IMG/VR virus record: IMGVR_UViG_2933073624_000001
Span: 1 to 64,000 of that record
DNA: 64,000 nucleotides
Strand: one strand, 5' to 3'
From: a virus
Lineage: Duplodnaviria; Caudoviricetes
The translations under genes were made by a program, and so were the position numbers. Positions within the stretch are counted from its first letter, which is position 1. Each line of letters opens with the position of its first letter. The notes below the pieces were generated by a model, which worked only from the letters and a program-made list of their open reading frames with translations, was not told the origin of the DNA and searched no databases. This document shows, one piece after another, positions 20,046 through 29,413 of the stretch.

Positions 20046-20677
20046 GCACCCCGACCACCACCCCCGTGCCGGCCACCGGCCCCGAAGCCGCCGCCCACGT
20101 CCACTACACCGACCCGCGCACCGCAGCCCTCTCCCGGGCCGCGCACGCCGCCTACCCCGACGACGACCGCCAGTGGTGGGCCCTGGACCAGCACGAGCAG
20201 CACGTATGGCGCACCGGCGCCCGCGACATGCTCCGCGCGGCCGTCACCGTCGGCCTCCTGCCCCGCGTCGTGCCCTCCACCGGCCGCGCCCTGGCCGCCG
20301 TCCCCCTCGACGTCCGCCCCGGCGACGGCCTGCCCCGCCTCGGGACCCGCGGGCGCGGCGCCACGTTCCGCGAAGCCGCCGCCCTCATCGCCCCCGACAC
20401 CTACGGCTGGGGCGGACCCGACCACTACGACGCGTGGAAGACCGCGCAGGCAACGCTCCTCGAGCGCGCCGCCGCCGAAGACGAAGCCGACGACGGCACC
20501 GCCACCCACCGCAGCCCCGAAGCACTCGCGGCCGCCCTCGCCCGCGTCGAGGCCTGGGCCGACCAGCTCGACGACACCGCCCAGCGCAAGGCAGGCCGCC
20601 TGTCGGCGACCGACCCGACCGCCGACATCATCCGCGGCCTGCTCGACGGCTCCCGCCACGGCGAAGCCCCCCACTGA
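20042..20677 (+). CDS. hypothetical protein
   Basis: GTGA coupling, high GC at third codon positions. Confidence 0.55.
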   Translation: MSTPTTTPVPATGPEAAAHVHYTDPRTAALSRAAHAAYPDDDRQWWALDQHEQHVWRTGARDMLRAAVTVGLLPRVVPSTGRALAAVPLDVRPGDGLPRLGTRGRGATFREAAALIAPDTYGWGGPDHYDAWKTAQATLLERAAAEDEADDGTATHRSPEALAAALARVEAWADQLDDTAQRKAGRLSATDPTADIIRGLLDGSRHGEAPH

Positions 20678-20740
20678 CCCCGCCCACCGGCCCGGCCGCC
20701 CGCGCGCGGCCGTGCCCAACCCACCGGAAGGAGGCCCCTC

Positions 20741-20992
20741 ATGGGATGGGGCTCCGCAGGAATCAAGATCTTTGACCCCGTCGCCCGAGTGCTCATCAAC
20801 GCTGGCGTCGATGAGGACACCCAGGTGAAGGCCCTCGGCGACATCATCGAAGCGCTCCGGACGGAGGACTGGGACACCGAGCAGGACTCCCTCGACCAGT
20901 TCCTCGACCACCCCGGCGTAGTGAGGGCGTTCGCCCGCCACGGCATCACCGCACCCTCGGCCGCCCACCGCGAGGAGGCCCGTCGTGTGTAA
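20741..20992 (+). CDS. small hypothetical protein
   Basis: AAGGAGG RBS. Confidence 0.65.
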   Translation: MGWGSAGIKIFDPVARVLINAGVDEDTQVKALGDIIEALRTEDWDTEQDSLDQFLDHPGVVRAFARHGITAPSAAHREEARRV

Positions 20993-21698
20993 GATCCCGA
21001 CACTCTTCCTCCGCGACCCCGACGACCGCCGGTACGTGCTCCCGGAGGTGAACCCGGAGTGTGCCTGGGTCCTCGAAGGCGAAGGCGTGGCCACTCGGAA
21101 GTGGGACGGCACCTGCACCCGCCTCGACGAGGGCGGCGCCTGGTGGGCCCGCCGCGAGGTCAAACCCGGTAAGACGGCCCCCGATGGCTTCCAGCTCGTC
21201 CAGGAGGACCCGGTCACCGGCAAGAAGGTCGGCTGGGAGCCCGTCGCCCAGTCGGCGTTCGCGAAGTACCACGCCCAGGCGCTGGCCATCGGCAACGACT
21301 ACTTCCGCCGCGGCACGTACGAACTCCTCGGCCCCAAGGTCAACGGCAACCCCGACGGGTTCGAGCAGCACATCCTCATCGGTCGTGGCTGGGCCCCGTT
21401 CAGCGACCGCCTCGCCTACGACAAGGCCCCGCGCGATTACGAAGCCCTGCGGACCTGGCTCCACGCCCGCCCCCACGAGGGCATCGTCTGGCACCGCGAC
21501 CCGCACGCCCCGGACGCTGGCATGGCCAAGCTCAAGGCCCGCGACTTCCCCCGCACCCGCCGCGAACTGACCCCGGAGAAGCGCTCATGCACCACTACCC
21601 GAATCCCATCTACGACGAGCACTGGCAGGGCGAAGAACTCGCCGTCGACGCCACCCACCACTATCTGTGGATCTGGCATGGCTTCAACATCCGCCTGA
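20985..21698 (+). CDS. RNA ligase-like nucleotidyltransferase (DUF5565/RLIG1-like)
   Basis: ATRKWDGT (KxDG adenylation motif), GTYELLGPKVNGNP, EGIVWH, AKLKARDF. Confidence 0.7.
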   Translation: MCKIPTLFLRDPDDRRYVLPEVNPECAWVLEGEGVATRKWDGTCTRLDEGGAWWARREVKPGKTAPDGFQLVQEDPVTGKKVGWEPVAQSAFAKYHAQALAIGNDYFRRGTYELLGPKVNGNPDGFEQHILIGRGWAPFSDRLAYDKAPRDYEALRTWLHARPHEGIVWHRDPHAPDAGMAKLKARDFPRTRRELTPEKRSCTTTRIPSTTSTGRAKNSPSTPPTTICGSGMASTSA

Positions 21699-21982
21699 TC
21701 GCCGTCCCGGCCGGCGAAGCCCGATCCGGGGGCTACGACCACGGCTGGTGCTACCCGCGCGACCCTGAGCTGGTGAAGGCCGCCGTTGCCGCCTGGAACT
21801 CCGACATCCAGGACGAGCCCCACCAGTGGCACAAGCGGCCCACCACACCCGCGCGGCGGGCACCCCGCCGCGCGGAACAGCCGCACTACAACCGGCCCCG
21901 ATGCCACCACGGCCACTACATCGCCGAGGGCTGTCGAACCTACAACTGCCCGGACGGTGCCCCACACCTAGCCATTGACTGA
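21587..21982 (+). CDS. hypothetical protein
   Basis: GGAG RBS; YDHGWCYP motif. Confidence 0.55.
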   Translation: MHHYPNPIYDEHWQGEELAVDATHHYLWIWHGFNIRLIAVPAGEARSGGYDHGWCYPRDPELVKAAVAAWNSDIQDEPHQWHKRPTTPARRAPRRAEQPHYNRPRCHHGHYIAEGCRTYNCPDGAPHLAID

Positions 21983-21997
21983 CCGAAGGAGACGACG

Positions 21998-22594
<597 letters not shown>

Positions 22595-23166
22595 CCGGCA
22601 CCCAGGACAGCCCGGACAAGGGTTCGGACAGCCCCGAGGACTGTCCGGACACCCGGGGCGGGATTGTCCGGACACCCCCGGGCATTGGCGAGACGATCGA
22701 CTGCGGCCCCCTCCCCACCAGCACGGACGCCGTCCGGACACGACGGTCCGCCCGTACAGGCGGTGTCCGCGTCGAGTACACCGCCAGCGTCCCCCGTCAC
22801 CTCCTCGAGGTGGCCATTGCCGACGCGTTCACCACCATCGACGCCGCCCGCCGCCCCGGCCCCGCTGACGAAGAGGAGTCCCCGGCGTGCCCCCCGAACA
22901 AGCCCAGGCCTGCGCCGCCCTCGTCGTCATCGGCCGACTGGTGAAGCACCACGGCCTGACCGCCGAGGAAGCTGCTACCGCCCTTGCCCAGCATCGCCGC
23001 CACGAGACCGGCCCCCACACCGACCTCGTCGCCGCCGAGGCCCGCGCCTTCCTCGCCGAAGCCCTAGGACCCCTACGGGCCGCACCACACAACGCGAAGC
23101 CTCAACCACCCCAGCGGCCCACCTGAGCCTCGTGCCGCGCGAGCAGGGCTGAGAACGACACCACGG

Positions 23167-23202
23167 CGAAGCCTCCGGGACCAGTAGGTCCCGGAGGCTT
23201 CG
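23167..23202. terminator. 16-bp perfect hairpin ending the early operon, left of the umb cassette
   Basis: CGAAGCCTCCGGGACC-agta-GGTCCCGGAGGCTTCG. Confidence 0.85.
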
Positions 23203-23528
23203 TTCATGCTCCGCACCACTTCCAACGACCGCGCAACCCCAGCGTCACGCGGTTGCTGGCTGCGGCTCCTGCAGTACCGAGGTGACCTCCACGCCATCTC
23301 CGCGACGTGCGGCGGAAGGTAGTCGCCCAGGGGGCCACGTCGTCGCTCAGCCGGGCACGCAGCCCGTGAGGGCGCGCCCCGGTAAACAGTTTCTGTGGGT
23401 CTTCCTCCGGCCTTCCGGCCTCCTTCGCTAGCCTCTGCCCGCTGTAGAACTGCATGCTGGGCCACGTCTGAGGCACCGTCGCGCTGGCCGGAGCTTCCTC
23501 GCTCAGCAGGTCGAGAGGCTGCTACAGG

Positions 23529-23954
23529 TTATGCAACCGGCTGCCATTTAACACATCGAGGCAGCTCGCCACCCGAGAAGACAAATTCCTTCACTGCCTT
23601 CCGAATGAAAGCTACAGGAATCTCTGCATCCTCAGGGAAGAATGCCTCATGCCCCGCTACGTGATAGAAGAGCTCGTCATCGCTTTCCCTATCACCTACG
23701 GTCGCGAGATTATGGTCGCCGGAGCCGAAGGTGATAGCCCCCATCTGATTTCCCGGGTTAACACCAACGATGAATTGATGGTCTGGGTGCCCAGACGGGA
23801 GCGTCTGACGCTTCAGGGACTGAAACATTGCCGCCGAATGATATTCTTTCTCTGATGAAAGAAGGAAGTCGATCACTCGGTCCACATCCTCAGGCGTCAC
23901 TATTTCCTGCCAGGCGGACGCATGCTCCGACTTATAGTAAGCCTCGGCTTTCAT
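23529..23954 (-). CDS. orphan Imm1-like immunity protein (paralog of UmbD)
   Basis: Aligns by eye with 24396..24833 (PSG..DH...VGVN...GAITF; FP...EI....R.AVKEF..SGG..PRCV.W). Confidence 0.8.
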   Translation of the reverse strand: MKAEAYYKSEHASAWQEIVTPEDVDRVIDFLLSSEKEYHSAAMFQSLKRQTLPSGHPDHQFIVGVNPGNQMGAITFGSGDHNLATVGDRESDDELFYHVAGHEAFFPEDAEIPVAFIRKAVKEFVFSGGELPRCVKWQPVA

Positions 23955-24344
23955 TTTCACATCAACCCGCCTTCGAATATTGCTCCGAGCGCCAAATTCC
24001 ATCATTTCCTTTCCAGTGCACTGTGTGCGCTCTCTCGGTTTCGTGGTAGCGGGGTGAGAGACAGTGGCGAGACGGCGCATTGTCGCAGGTAAAACGAGTT
24101 TCCTGAGTGGAATGCACTTTCATAGATGTGGGAGATCGCGGTGATTGTACTGCCATGGGGCTGTACCTGTGCAGATGGTGCACTGACATGAAACCGAAAG
24201 ATCGCACCGCGCCCGATACGGACCGTCGACTGCGTTGGTCCCTCTGGTGCCGCCACCAGGCCCGATTCAGAACCAGCCGCTACCACCAACAAGCCGTCGA
24301 TCAGGAATAAAGATCACGATCTACAGCTAGAGTATTAGTTGAAC

Positions 24345-24386
24345 CACAAAATACCCACGGCCGAAACCGGCCGTGGGTATTTTGTG
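24345..24386. terminator. 19-bp perfect hairpin downstream of umbD
   Basis: CACAAAATACCCACGGCCG-aaac-CGGCCGTGGGTATTTTGTG. Confidence 0.88.
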
Positions 24387-24395
24387 AATTTCACA

Positions 24396-24833
24396 CTACC
24401 ATTCCATGGGCTTCCATGCGACACACCTTGGCCGCTGCCCACCGGATGAAATAAATTCCTTCACGGCTTCCCGAACAAGAGCGATGGAGATCTCGCATTC
24501 CGCCGGAAACTCTCTCCTGTGTCCCATGAGATGATATACAGGATCCTCGCGACTTCCAGGTTCTCCAACCGTCACATGGTTTCCGGTTTCATCCATGAAG
24601 GTGATGGCGCCCACCTGAAGGTCTGAATTAACGCCGACCATGAGTTCGTGATCGAAGAATCCGGATGGCATCTTACTACGCTCCATTGAATGAACCATAG
24701 CAAGGTTGTGGTATTTGGGGCCTGCCAGGAGCGCGTCAATCATGACATCGACGTCGCCCGACGTTGAGATGAATTCCGGATTGCAATTATGATCGCGCCG
24801 GTATGCAGCTTGAGCCCTAGCAATTTCTGTCAT
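24396..24833 (-). CDS. umbD: Imm1-family immunity protein cognate to UmbC
   Basis: Overlaps the toxin stop codon; Imm1-like C-terminus AVKEFISSGGQRPRCVAW. Confidence 0.82.
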   Translation of the reverse strand: MTEIARAQAAYRRDHNCNPEFISTSGDVDVMIDALLAGPKYHNLAMVHSMERSKMPSGFFDHELMVGVNSDLQVGAITFMDETGNHVTVGEPGSREDPVYHLMGHRREFPAECEISIALVREAVKEFISSGGQRPRCVAWKPMEW

Positions 24834-27800
24834 TTGGGTCCCCATACTTTCTGCAATCCCACTTGCCATTCTCTTTCCAGCGAACCTTCAGGTGTCCGAC
24901 ACCATCGAGCAACAAGTCTAGGACGCGGTCATTGCAGCCCAGATTGGGTGCGCCACACGGCCCGGTCGGGAAATTAATCACGAGCTCGCCGTTCTTGACT
25001 CCTCGATTTGCCATCATTGCAATGAACTTCTGTTCAACATGATCGGCAAACCCTGACACCGATGCACCCGGGAGGGCTCCATTTTTCTGAAGCTTTGAGT
25101 TGACCCAGTTTATCAGAGACGCATCCGTTCTTCTTGCGCCACTAACTATGTCCCAGGAATGCCCGTTGTCCGCAGAGGCGCCAATTCCAGAGGTCGGCCC
25201 ACCGTCAAACTCTGGGAGCGCATTCCACATTTCCTCGTAATCAAAACAGATGGATTCGAGATCATCTGAACTGAGCGAGGAAGCCAAGAAACTTCGCCGA
25301 ACGGGGCAAGTGGTAGAAACACCATCCCGCCTCTTCTCCTTTCGGTACCCATTGACGATATCTTCAATTTTGTCGGAAGCTTTTCCGAGGAGTTTGAGCT
25401 TTCCTACCGGAAGGAGCCCGGCAAGCGCCATGGCGCAGTCGCCAGCTGCGGGGTCCTGGGCACACTTAAGCGCATCCGGCCCCCCGCCCACTTCCCAGAG
25501 AAGCGAACCTAGGAGTTCAAAGAACTTTCCCATCTCTCGGTTCTGTGCCTCAACCTTGTCGCAGTCTTCCCACTTATATGTGCGCGGAACGAGCATCACG
25601 CACTTGTCGTTGTCGCGCTTTCCGTTACCTCCCGTCTCCTGTTCTCGCTTCTTTCTTTCTTCTTCAGCCTTCTCGAGTTCTTCGGCTATCTCCATTTCCA
25701 GCTTGGATATGACCTGTTCCCAAGCGGCGGAGGCCATCTTTTGCGCGTCTTCGGCGTTCTTGCCGGCTTGGACAGCGGAGGCTTTAGCGGCGTCAGCGGC
25801 ATCGCCTGCGGAAGCAGCAGACTTGCGTGCGTAAGCTGCGGAGGCCTCGGCCTGGTTGGCGGAGGCTTCTGCGGCGTCTGCGTCCTGGTCGGCGCGGTTG
25901 GCGGCGTCACGTGCAGTGGTGGCCGACTGCTTGGCCTGGGTGGCGCTGGTTTCCGCTGAGTCGGCTGCCTTATCTGCTTCGGCTGCATGGACCTCTGCTT
26001 GGTCTGCCGAAGCTTTTGCGTTGTTCGAGGCGTTCGTCGCGTCGGTGGAGGCGTTGTTGGCGCGGGCGGCTGCTGCAGCGGCGAGCCAGCGGTTCTTGTT
26101 CGCGTTTGCCGCGATCAGTGATGCTTCAGCAATGAGGCGTGTGACCTGTGCCTCGTGCTGTTTGGCAAGTTTGTCCTTGCGGTCTGCGGTGTAGCGGCCG
26201 ACCGCCATGAACTGGTGCAGTTCGTCGGCGGTGCTGGCGAGGGCGATGTCGGCGGCTGCCTTGAGTTCCGGGCCTGTAGTGGTGTTGCTGTAGATCTGGG
26301 TTGCGGCCACGGATTCGTCGGCGAGCCGTGCTGAGTGCTGTGTGACCTCGAGGAAGCGGGCCAGGGCTTTACCGCTGCCGTCGTCGAGGGCGGCTCGGGC
26401 GGCTTCTTTTACGCCGGTTCCGCCCTTGTTGTAGATGGCGGTGGTGGCTACGGCCATGTCGGCCGCTCCGGCCGTGTACTGGCCGGTGGTGTAGAAGGCT
26501 TCGATTTGGTCCAGGGTGCCCTTGAGTGCTTCGGTCGCTGCGTTGCGGACTGAGGGGTAGGGGCTCAGATGGGCCAGTTGGACGACGCGTTCACGGGTCT
26601 CCCGCTTTCCCGCCTCCTTCCAGCCCGAGCGCAGGTACTCGACGACGTCCTGGTCGGTACCGGCCAGAGCGCGGGCAGCGGCGTCCTGAGCGGCAGGACT
26701 GCGGAGTTTGAGGGCCTGGAAGGCCAGCTGGCGTCCCTTGTCTGCCAAAGTGGTGATGTCGGCATCAGGCTTGCCGGCTTCGGCGGCCAGGGTGGCTGCG
26801 GTGGTGTCGAGGGAGCGTCGTTCCGTCTCCTGCTTGGCAGCGGCCGAGACAGCGCCGTAGAGGAGTCCTTGGCGAGTGCGAGCCCGTTCGATGGCCGCAT
26901 CCTTGCGAGCGGCAAGTTCGTCGGCCTCGGTCTGGCGGGCCAGGTTGAATGTTGTTTTCGCTGTCTTGGCTGCGGCGTCTGCGGTTTCCCATGCCTTCTT
27001 CGCGGCTTCTGCATGGGTTTTCGCTATGCCTGCCTGTTCGGCTGCTTCTCCCGCGTGCTGTGCGGCCTGTTCTGCGGCTGCGGCAGAGTTGCGGGCATGT
27101 GTGGCTGCGTTGTTGGCGGCGGTGCGTGCCGCGTAGGCGGCTGTGGCCGACTGGTCGGCGAAGGCTGCGGCCTTGTTGGCGGCGGCGTTCGCGGCGTTGG
27201 CGTGCCGGCGGGCCTCGTTGGCCGCGGCACGGGCGTCGGCGGAATGACCTCCGGCGGCAGTGGCGTAGTCGGCGGCCTGATCGGCCGCGTTGGCGGCGGC
27301 GATGGCGTTGTTACCCGCGCTGGCGGCGGCGCGCACCGCAGTGGCTGCGGCGGCCGAGGCCTTGCCTGCCATCTCTGCTGCCTTGGCGGAGTCCTCCGCC
27401 AAGGTCGCGGCCATCAGCGCTGTTGCTGCGGCTGTCTTTGCCTCGGCGGACTTGGTGGCGTCCTGGCCAGCGGCAATGGCAGCGTTGTAGGCCTTGTTGG
27501 CAGCGTCAGCTGCTGCAGCTGCCGCTGCGGCGGTCTGAGCTGCCGCGAAGGCGGCAGTGCGGGCAGCTCGGTTGGCTGCGTTGGACGAAGTGACTGCCTG
27601 CTGGGCTGCTTCTCCTGCGGCCCGGGCGGCGTCCGCCGCGTTCTGAGCCTGGTCCGAGGCCTTTTGCGCATCGTTCTTGGCTGCTGCGGTCTCCTGCGCG
27701 GCCGTCTCCGCCAGCTTTTTGGCGGCTTCGGATGCGTCGATGGCGCGCTTGGAGGCTTCCTGGGCGCCCTTAGTGGCGTCTTCTGCCTGCTTGCCGGCCT

Positions 27801-28581
27801 TCTTGGCCTGCTGAGCAAGCTGGGAGATCGTGAGGTGTTCCTGATCACGGTTGCGCGCGACGTGCTGTCCGATGGCGAGGAACTCGGAGACGTCAGCAGG
27901 GGTCCCGTCGAGGGCCAGCAGTGCCGCGGCCTTTACGTTGGGGCCACCCTTGGCGTAGATCTGCGTCGCCTCGACTTGGTCGTCGGCCTGCTGCGCGGTG
28001 TACTGGCCCTCGGCCAGGAACTTCTCACGGTCCTCACGACTGCCATCGAGCGCGGCAATGCCGGCTTCCCGGACGCTGACCCCGCCTGCGGCAATGATGC
28101 GGGTGATCTCGACCTGCCGGTCGGCGTCCAGCGGACCTTGCCAACCGGACAGCAGGAAGGTTTCGAGTTGTTCTGACGTTCCGTCAAGCGCCTTGATCGC
28201 GGCTGCGCGTACACCAGGGCCACCGACTGCGATCATCCGGGTGACCGCAACCGAATTGTCGGCAAATTCTTCCGTATTGACGGTTTCGAAGAACTTCTCG
28301 ACGTCCTGGTCGGTCCCGAGGAGGGCTCTCTCTGCGGATCTTCTGACCCCGTTGCCTCCCTCTTCCCAGTAGTTGACCACTGCCATACGGGACCAGTAGC
28401 GCTGTTCAGCTACTGCGATCTGTTCTGCCGGATCCTCGGCGGCTGCTGGTGACGAGCCCAGGAGGCCAGCTGTCAGAGCAGTCGGCAGTACCAGGCCGAC
28501 GGCTGCTCTTCGCAGCAACAGCCCTCGAGCGCCACTTCGCGTTCTACGAGGTTTTTGCCCGAATAGGGCACGGAATCTCAT
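24817..28581 (-). CDS. umbC: umbrella toxin UmbC: signal peptide, ALF repeats, Ala-rich coiled coil, C-terminal SCP1.201/DddA-like cytidine deaminase
   Basis: RR-containing signal; repeated GG.GV..AA..AL.G....FL..G units in two blocks; HVEQK...INFPTGPCG...GC tip. Confidence 0.88.
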   Translation of the reverse strand: MRFRALFGQKPRRTRSGARGLLLRRAAVGLVLPTALTAGLLGSSPAAAEDPAEQIAVAEQRYWSRMAVVNYWEEGGNGVRRSAERALLGTDQDVEKFFETVNTEEFADNSVAVTRMIAVGGPGVRAAAIKALDGTSEQLETFLLSGWQGPLDADRQVEITRIIAAGGVSVREAGIAALDGSREDREKFLAEGQYTAQQADDQVEATQIYAKGGPNVKAAALLALDGTPADVSEFLAIGQHVARNRDQEHLTISQLAQQAKKAGKQAEDATKGAQEASKRAIDASEAAKKLAETAAQETAAAKNDAQKASDQAQNAADAARAAGEAAQQAVTSSNAANRAARTAAFAAAQTAAAAAAAADAANKAYNAAIAAGQDATKSAEAKTAAATALMAATLAEDSAKAAEMAGKASAAAATAVRAAASAGNNAIAAANAADQAADYATAAGGHSADARAAANEARRHANAANAAANKAAAFADQSATAAYAARTAANNAATHARNSAAAAEQAAQHAGEAAEQAGIAKTHAEAAKKAWETADAAAKTAKTTFNLARQTEADELAARKDAAIERARTRQGLLYGAVSAAAKQETERRSLDTTAATLAAEAGKPDADITTLADKGRQLAFQALKLRSPAAQDAAARALAGTDQDVVEYLRSGWKEAGKRETRERVVQLAHLSPYPSVRNAATEALKGTLDQIEAFYTTGQYTAGAADMAVATTAIYNKGGTGVKEAARAALDDGSGKALARFLEVTQHSARLADESVAATQIYSNTTTGPELKAAADIALASTADELHQFMAVGRYTADRKDKLAKQHEAQVTRLIAEASLIAANANKNRWLAAAAAARANNASTDATNASNNAKASADQAEVHAAEADKAADSAETSATQAKQSATTARDAANRADQDADAAEASANQAEASAAYARKSAASAGDAADAAKASAVQAGKNAEDAQKMASAAWEQVISKLEMEIAEELEKAEEERKKREQETGGNGKRDNDKCVMLVPRTYKWEDCDKVEAQNREMGKFFELLGSLLWEVGGGPDALKCAQDPAAGDCAMALAGLLPVGKLKLLGKASDKIEDIVNGYRKEKRRDGVSTTCPVRRSFLASSLSSDDLESICFDYEEMWNALPEFDGGPTSGIGASADNGHSWDIVSGARRTDASLINWVNSKLQKNGALPGASVSGFADHVEQKFIAMMANRGVKNGELVINFPTGPCGAPNLGCNDRVLDLLLDGVGHLKVRWKENGKWDCRKYGDPNDRNC

Positions 28582-28792
28582 ATCGGATGTTTCACTTTCG
28601 TTCAAAGCCCGATGCAACCGAGCCCCTGGCGACATGACCAGGAGGCACAAAGAAGCGGAGCAGCAAGGCAACCGCTGCCCAACAGGCATGACTGCTCGTC
28701 ACGCCTCTTTGCGTGATCCTTACATATGCTTTACTGCGTGGACACGGGCGGGTCGAACACCTGTCCGAATTGATCATTCTTGGGAGTCTTTC

Positions 28793-29305
28793 GTGTCCAC
28801 ACACCGTGCCCGCCTGGCACTCGTCTCCTGCCTCACGGCAGCAGCCGCAGCGGTCGCCGGGTTCACCATGAACAGCACCGCCAGCGCGACACCGTCGGCC
28901 GCGCCCGCCACCACGACCACCGAGGAGACAGGGCCTCCGCCGGCCGTCGAGACCCTCAACTACCCGAACGCGGCCGCCATCCAGCAGGCACAGGGAATCC
29001 TGCTGAAGAGGGGGGACGGAAACATCCTGCTCGTCACCTGCGACGGAACCAATGACATCGTGGTCAAGAACCGTGTCTCGCCCTCGACCCAGTTCTGCTT
29101 CGACGTCCGGTCCAAGCCCGGCTTCCTCACCCTCGAATTGAACGACGCCTTCGGCCTGCGCACACGGGACTACCCCGTGACCGCCACCATCACGGCCAAC
29201 GGACAGCAAACCGTCATCAAGGCCGCGGCCGACGACTACAAGCCCTTCGGCGAAGGAGTCGAAGGCCCTCGGTCCGCACTCGTCGAACTCCGCGTCACCG
29301 GCTGA
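28793..29305 (+). CDS. umbB: umbrella particle protein UmbB
   Basis: Signal peptide; AVETLNYPNAA, LKRGDGNILLVTC, FCF, GFLTLEL, LVELRV; divergent from umbC. Confidence 0.8.
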   Translation: MSTHRARLALVSCLTAAAAAVAGFTMNSTASATPSAAPATTTTEETGPPPAVETLNYPNAAAIQQAQGILLKRGDGNILLVTCDGTNDIVVKNRVSPSTQFCFDVRSKPGFLTLELNDAFGLRTRDYPVTATITANGQQTVIKAAADDYKPFGEGVEGPRSALVELRVTG

Positions 29306-29413
29306 GACACGAAGAACGACGTTCGCTCCTCTCCCGGCATCTCCACGCCCGAGCTCGGTCCTCTCGCACTACAGCTCTGAGGCGTACCTCTTCTTCACCA
29401 TCAAGGAACACTC

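Noticed and set aside
25260-25330. CPVRRSF before the toxin tip as a pre-toxin Hint domain
   Set aside because: Only a few residues resemble a Hint start and no domain follows; at most a scar
29311-29326. Second LexA-like box (GAAC-GAC-GTTC) upstream of umbA
   Set aside because: Spacer is 3 nt, not the required 4
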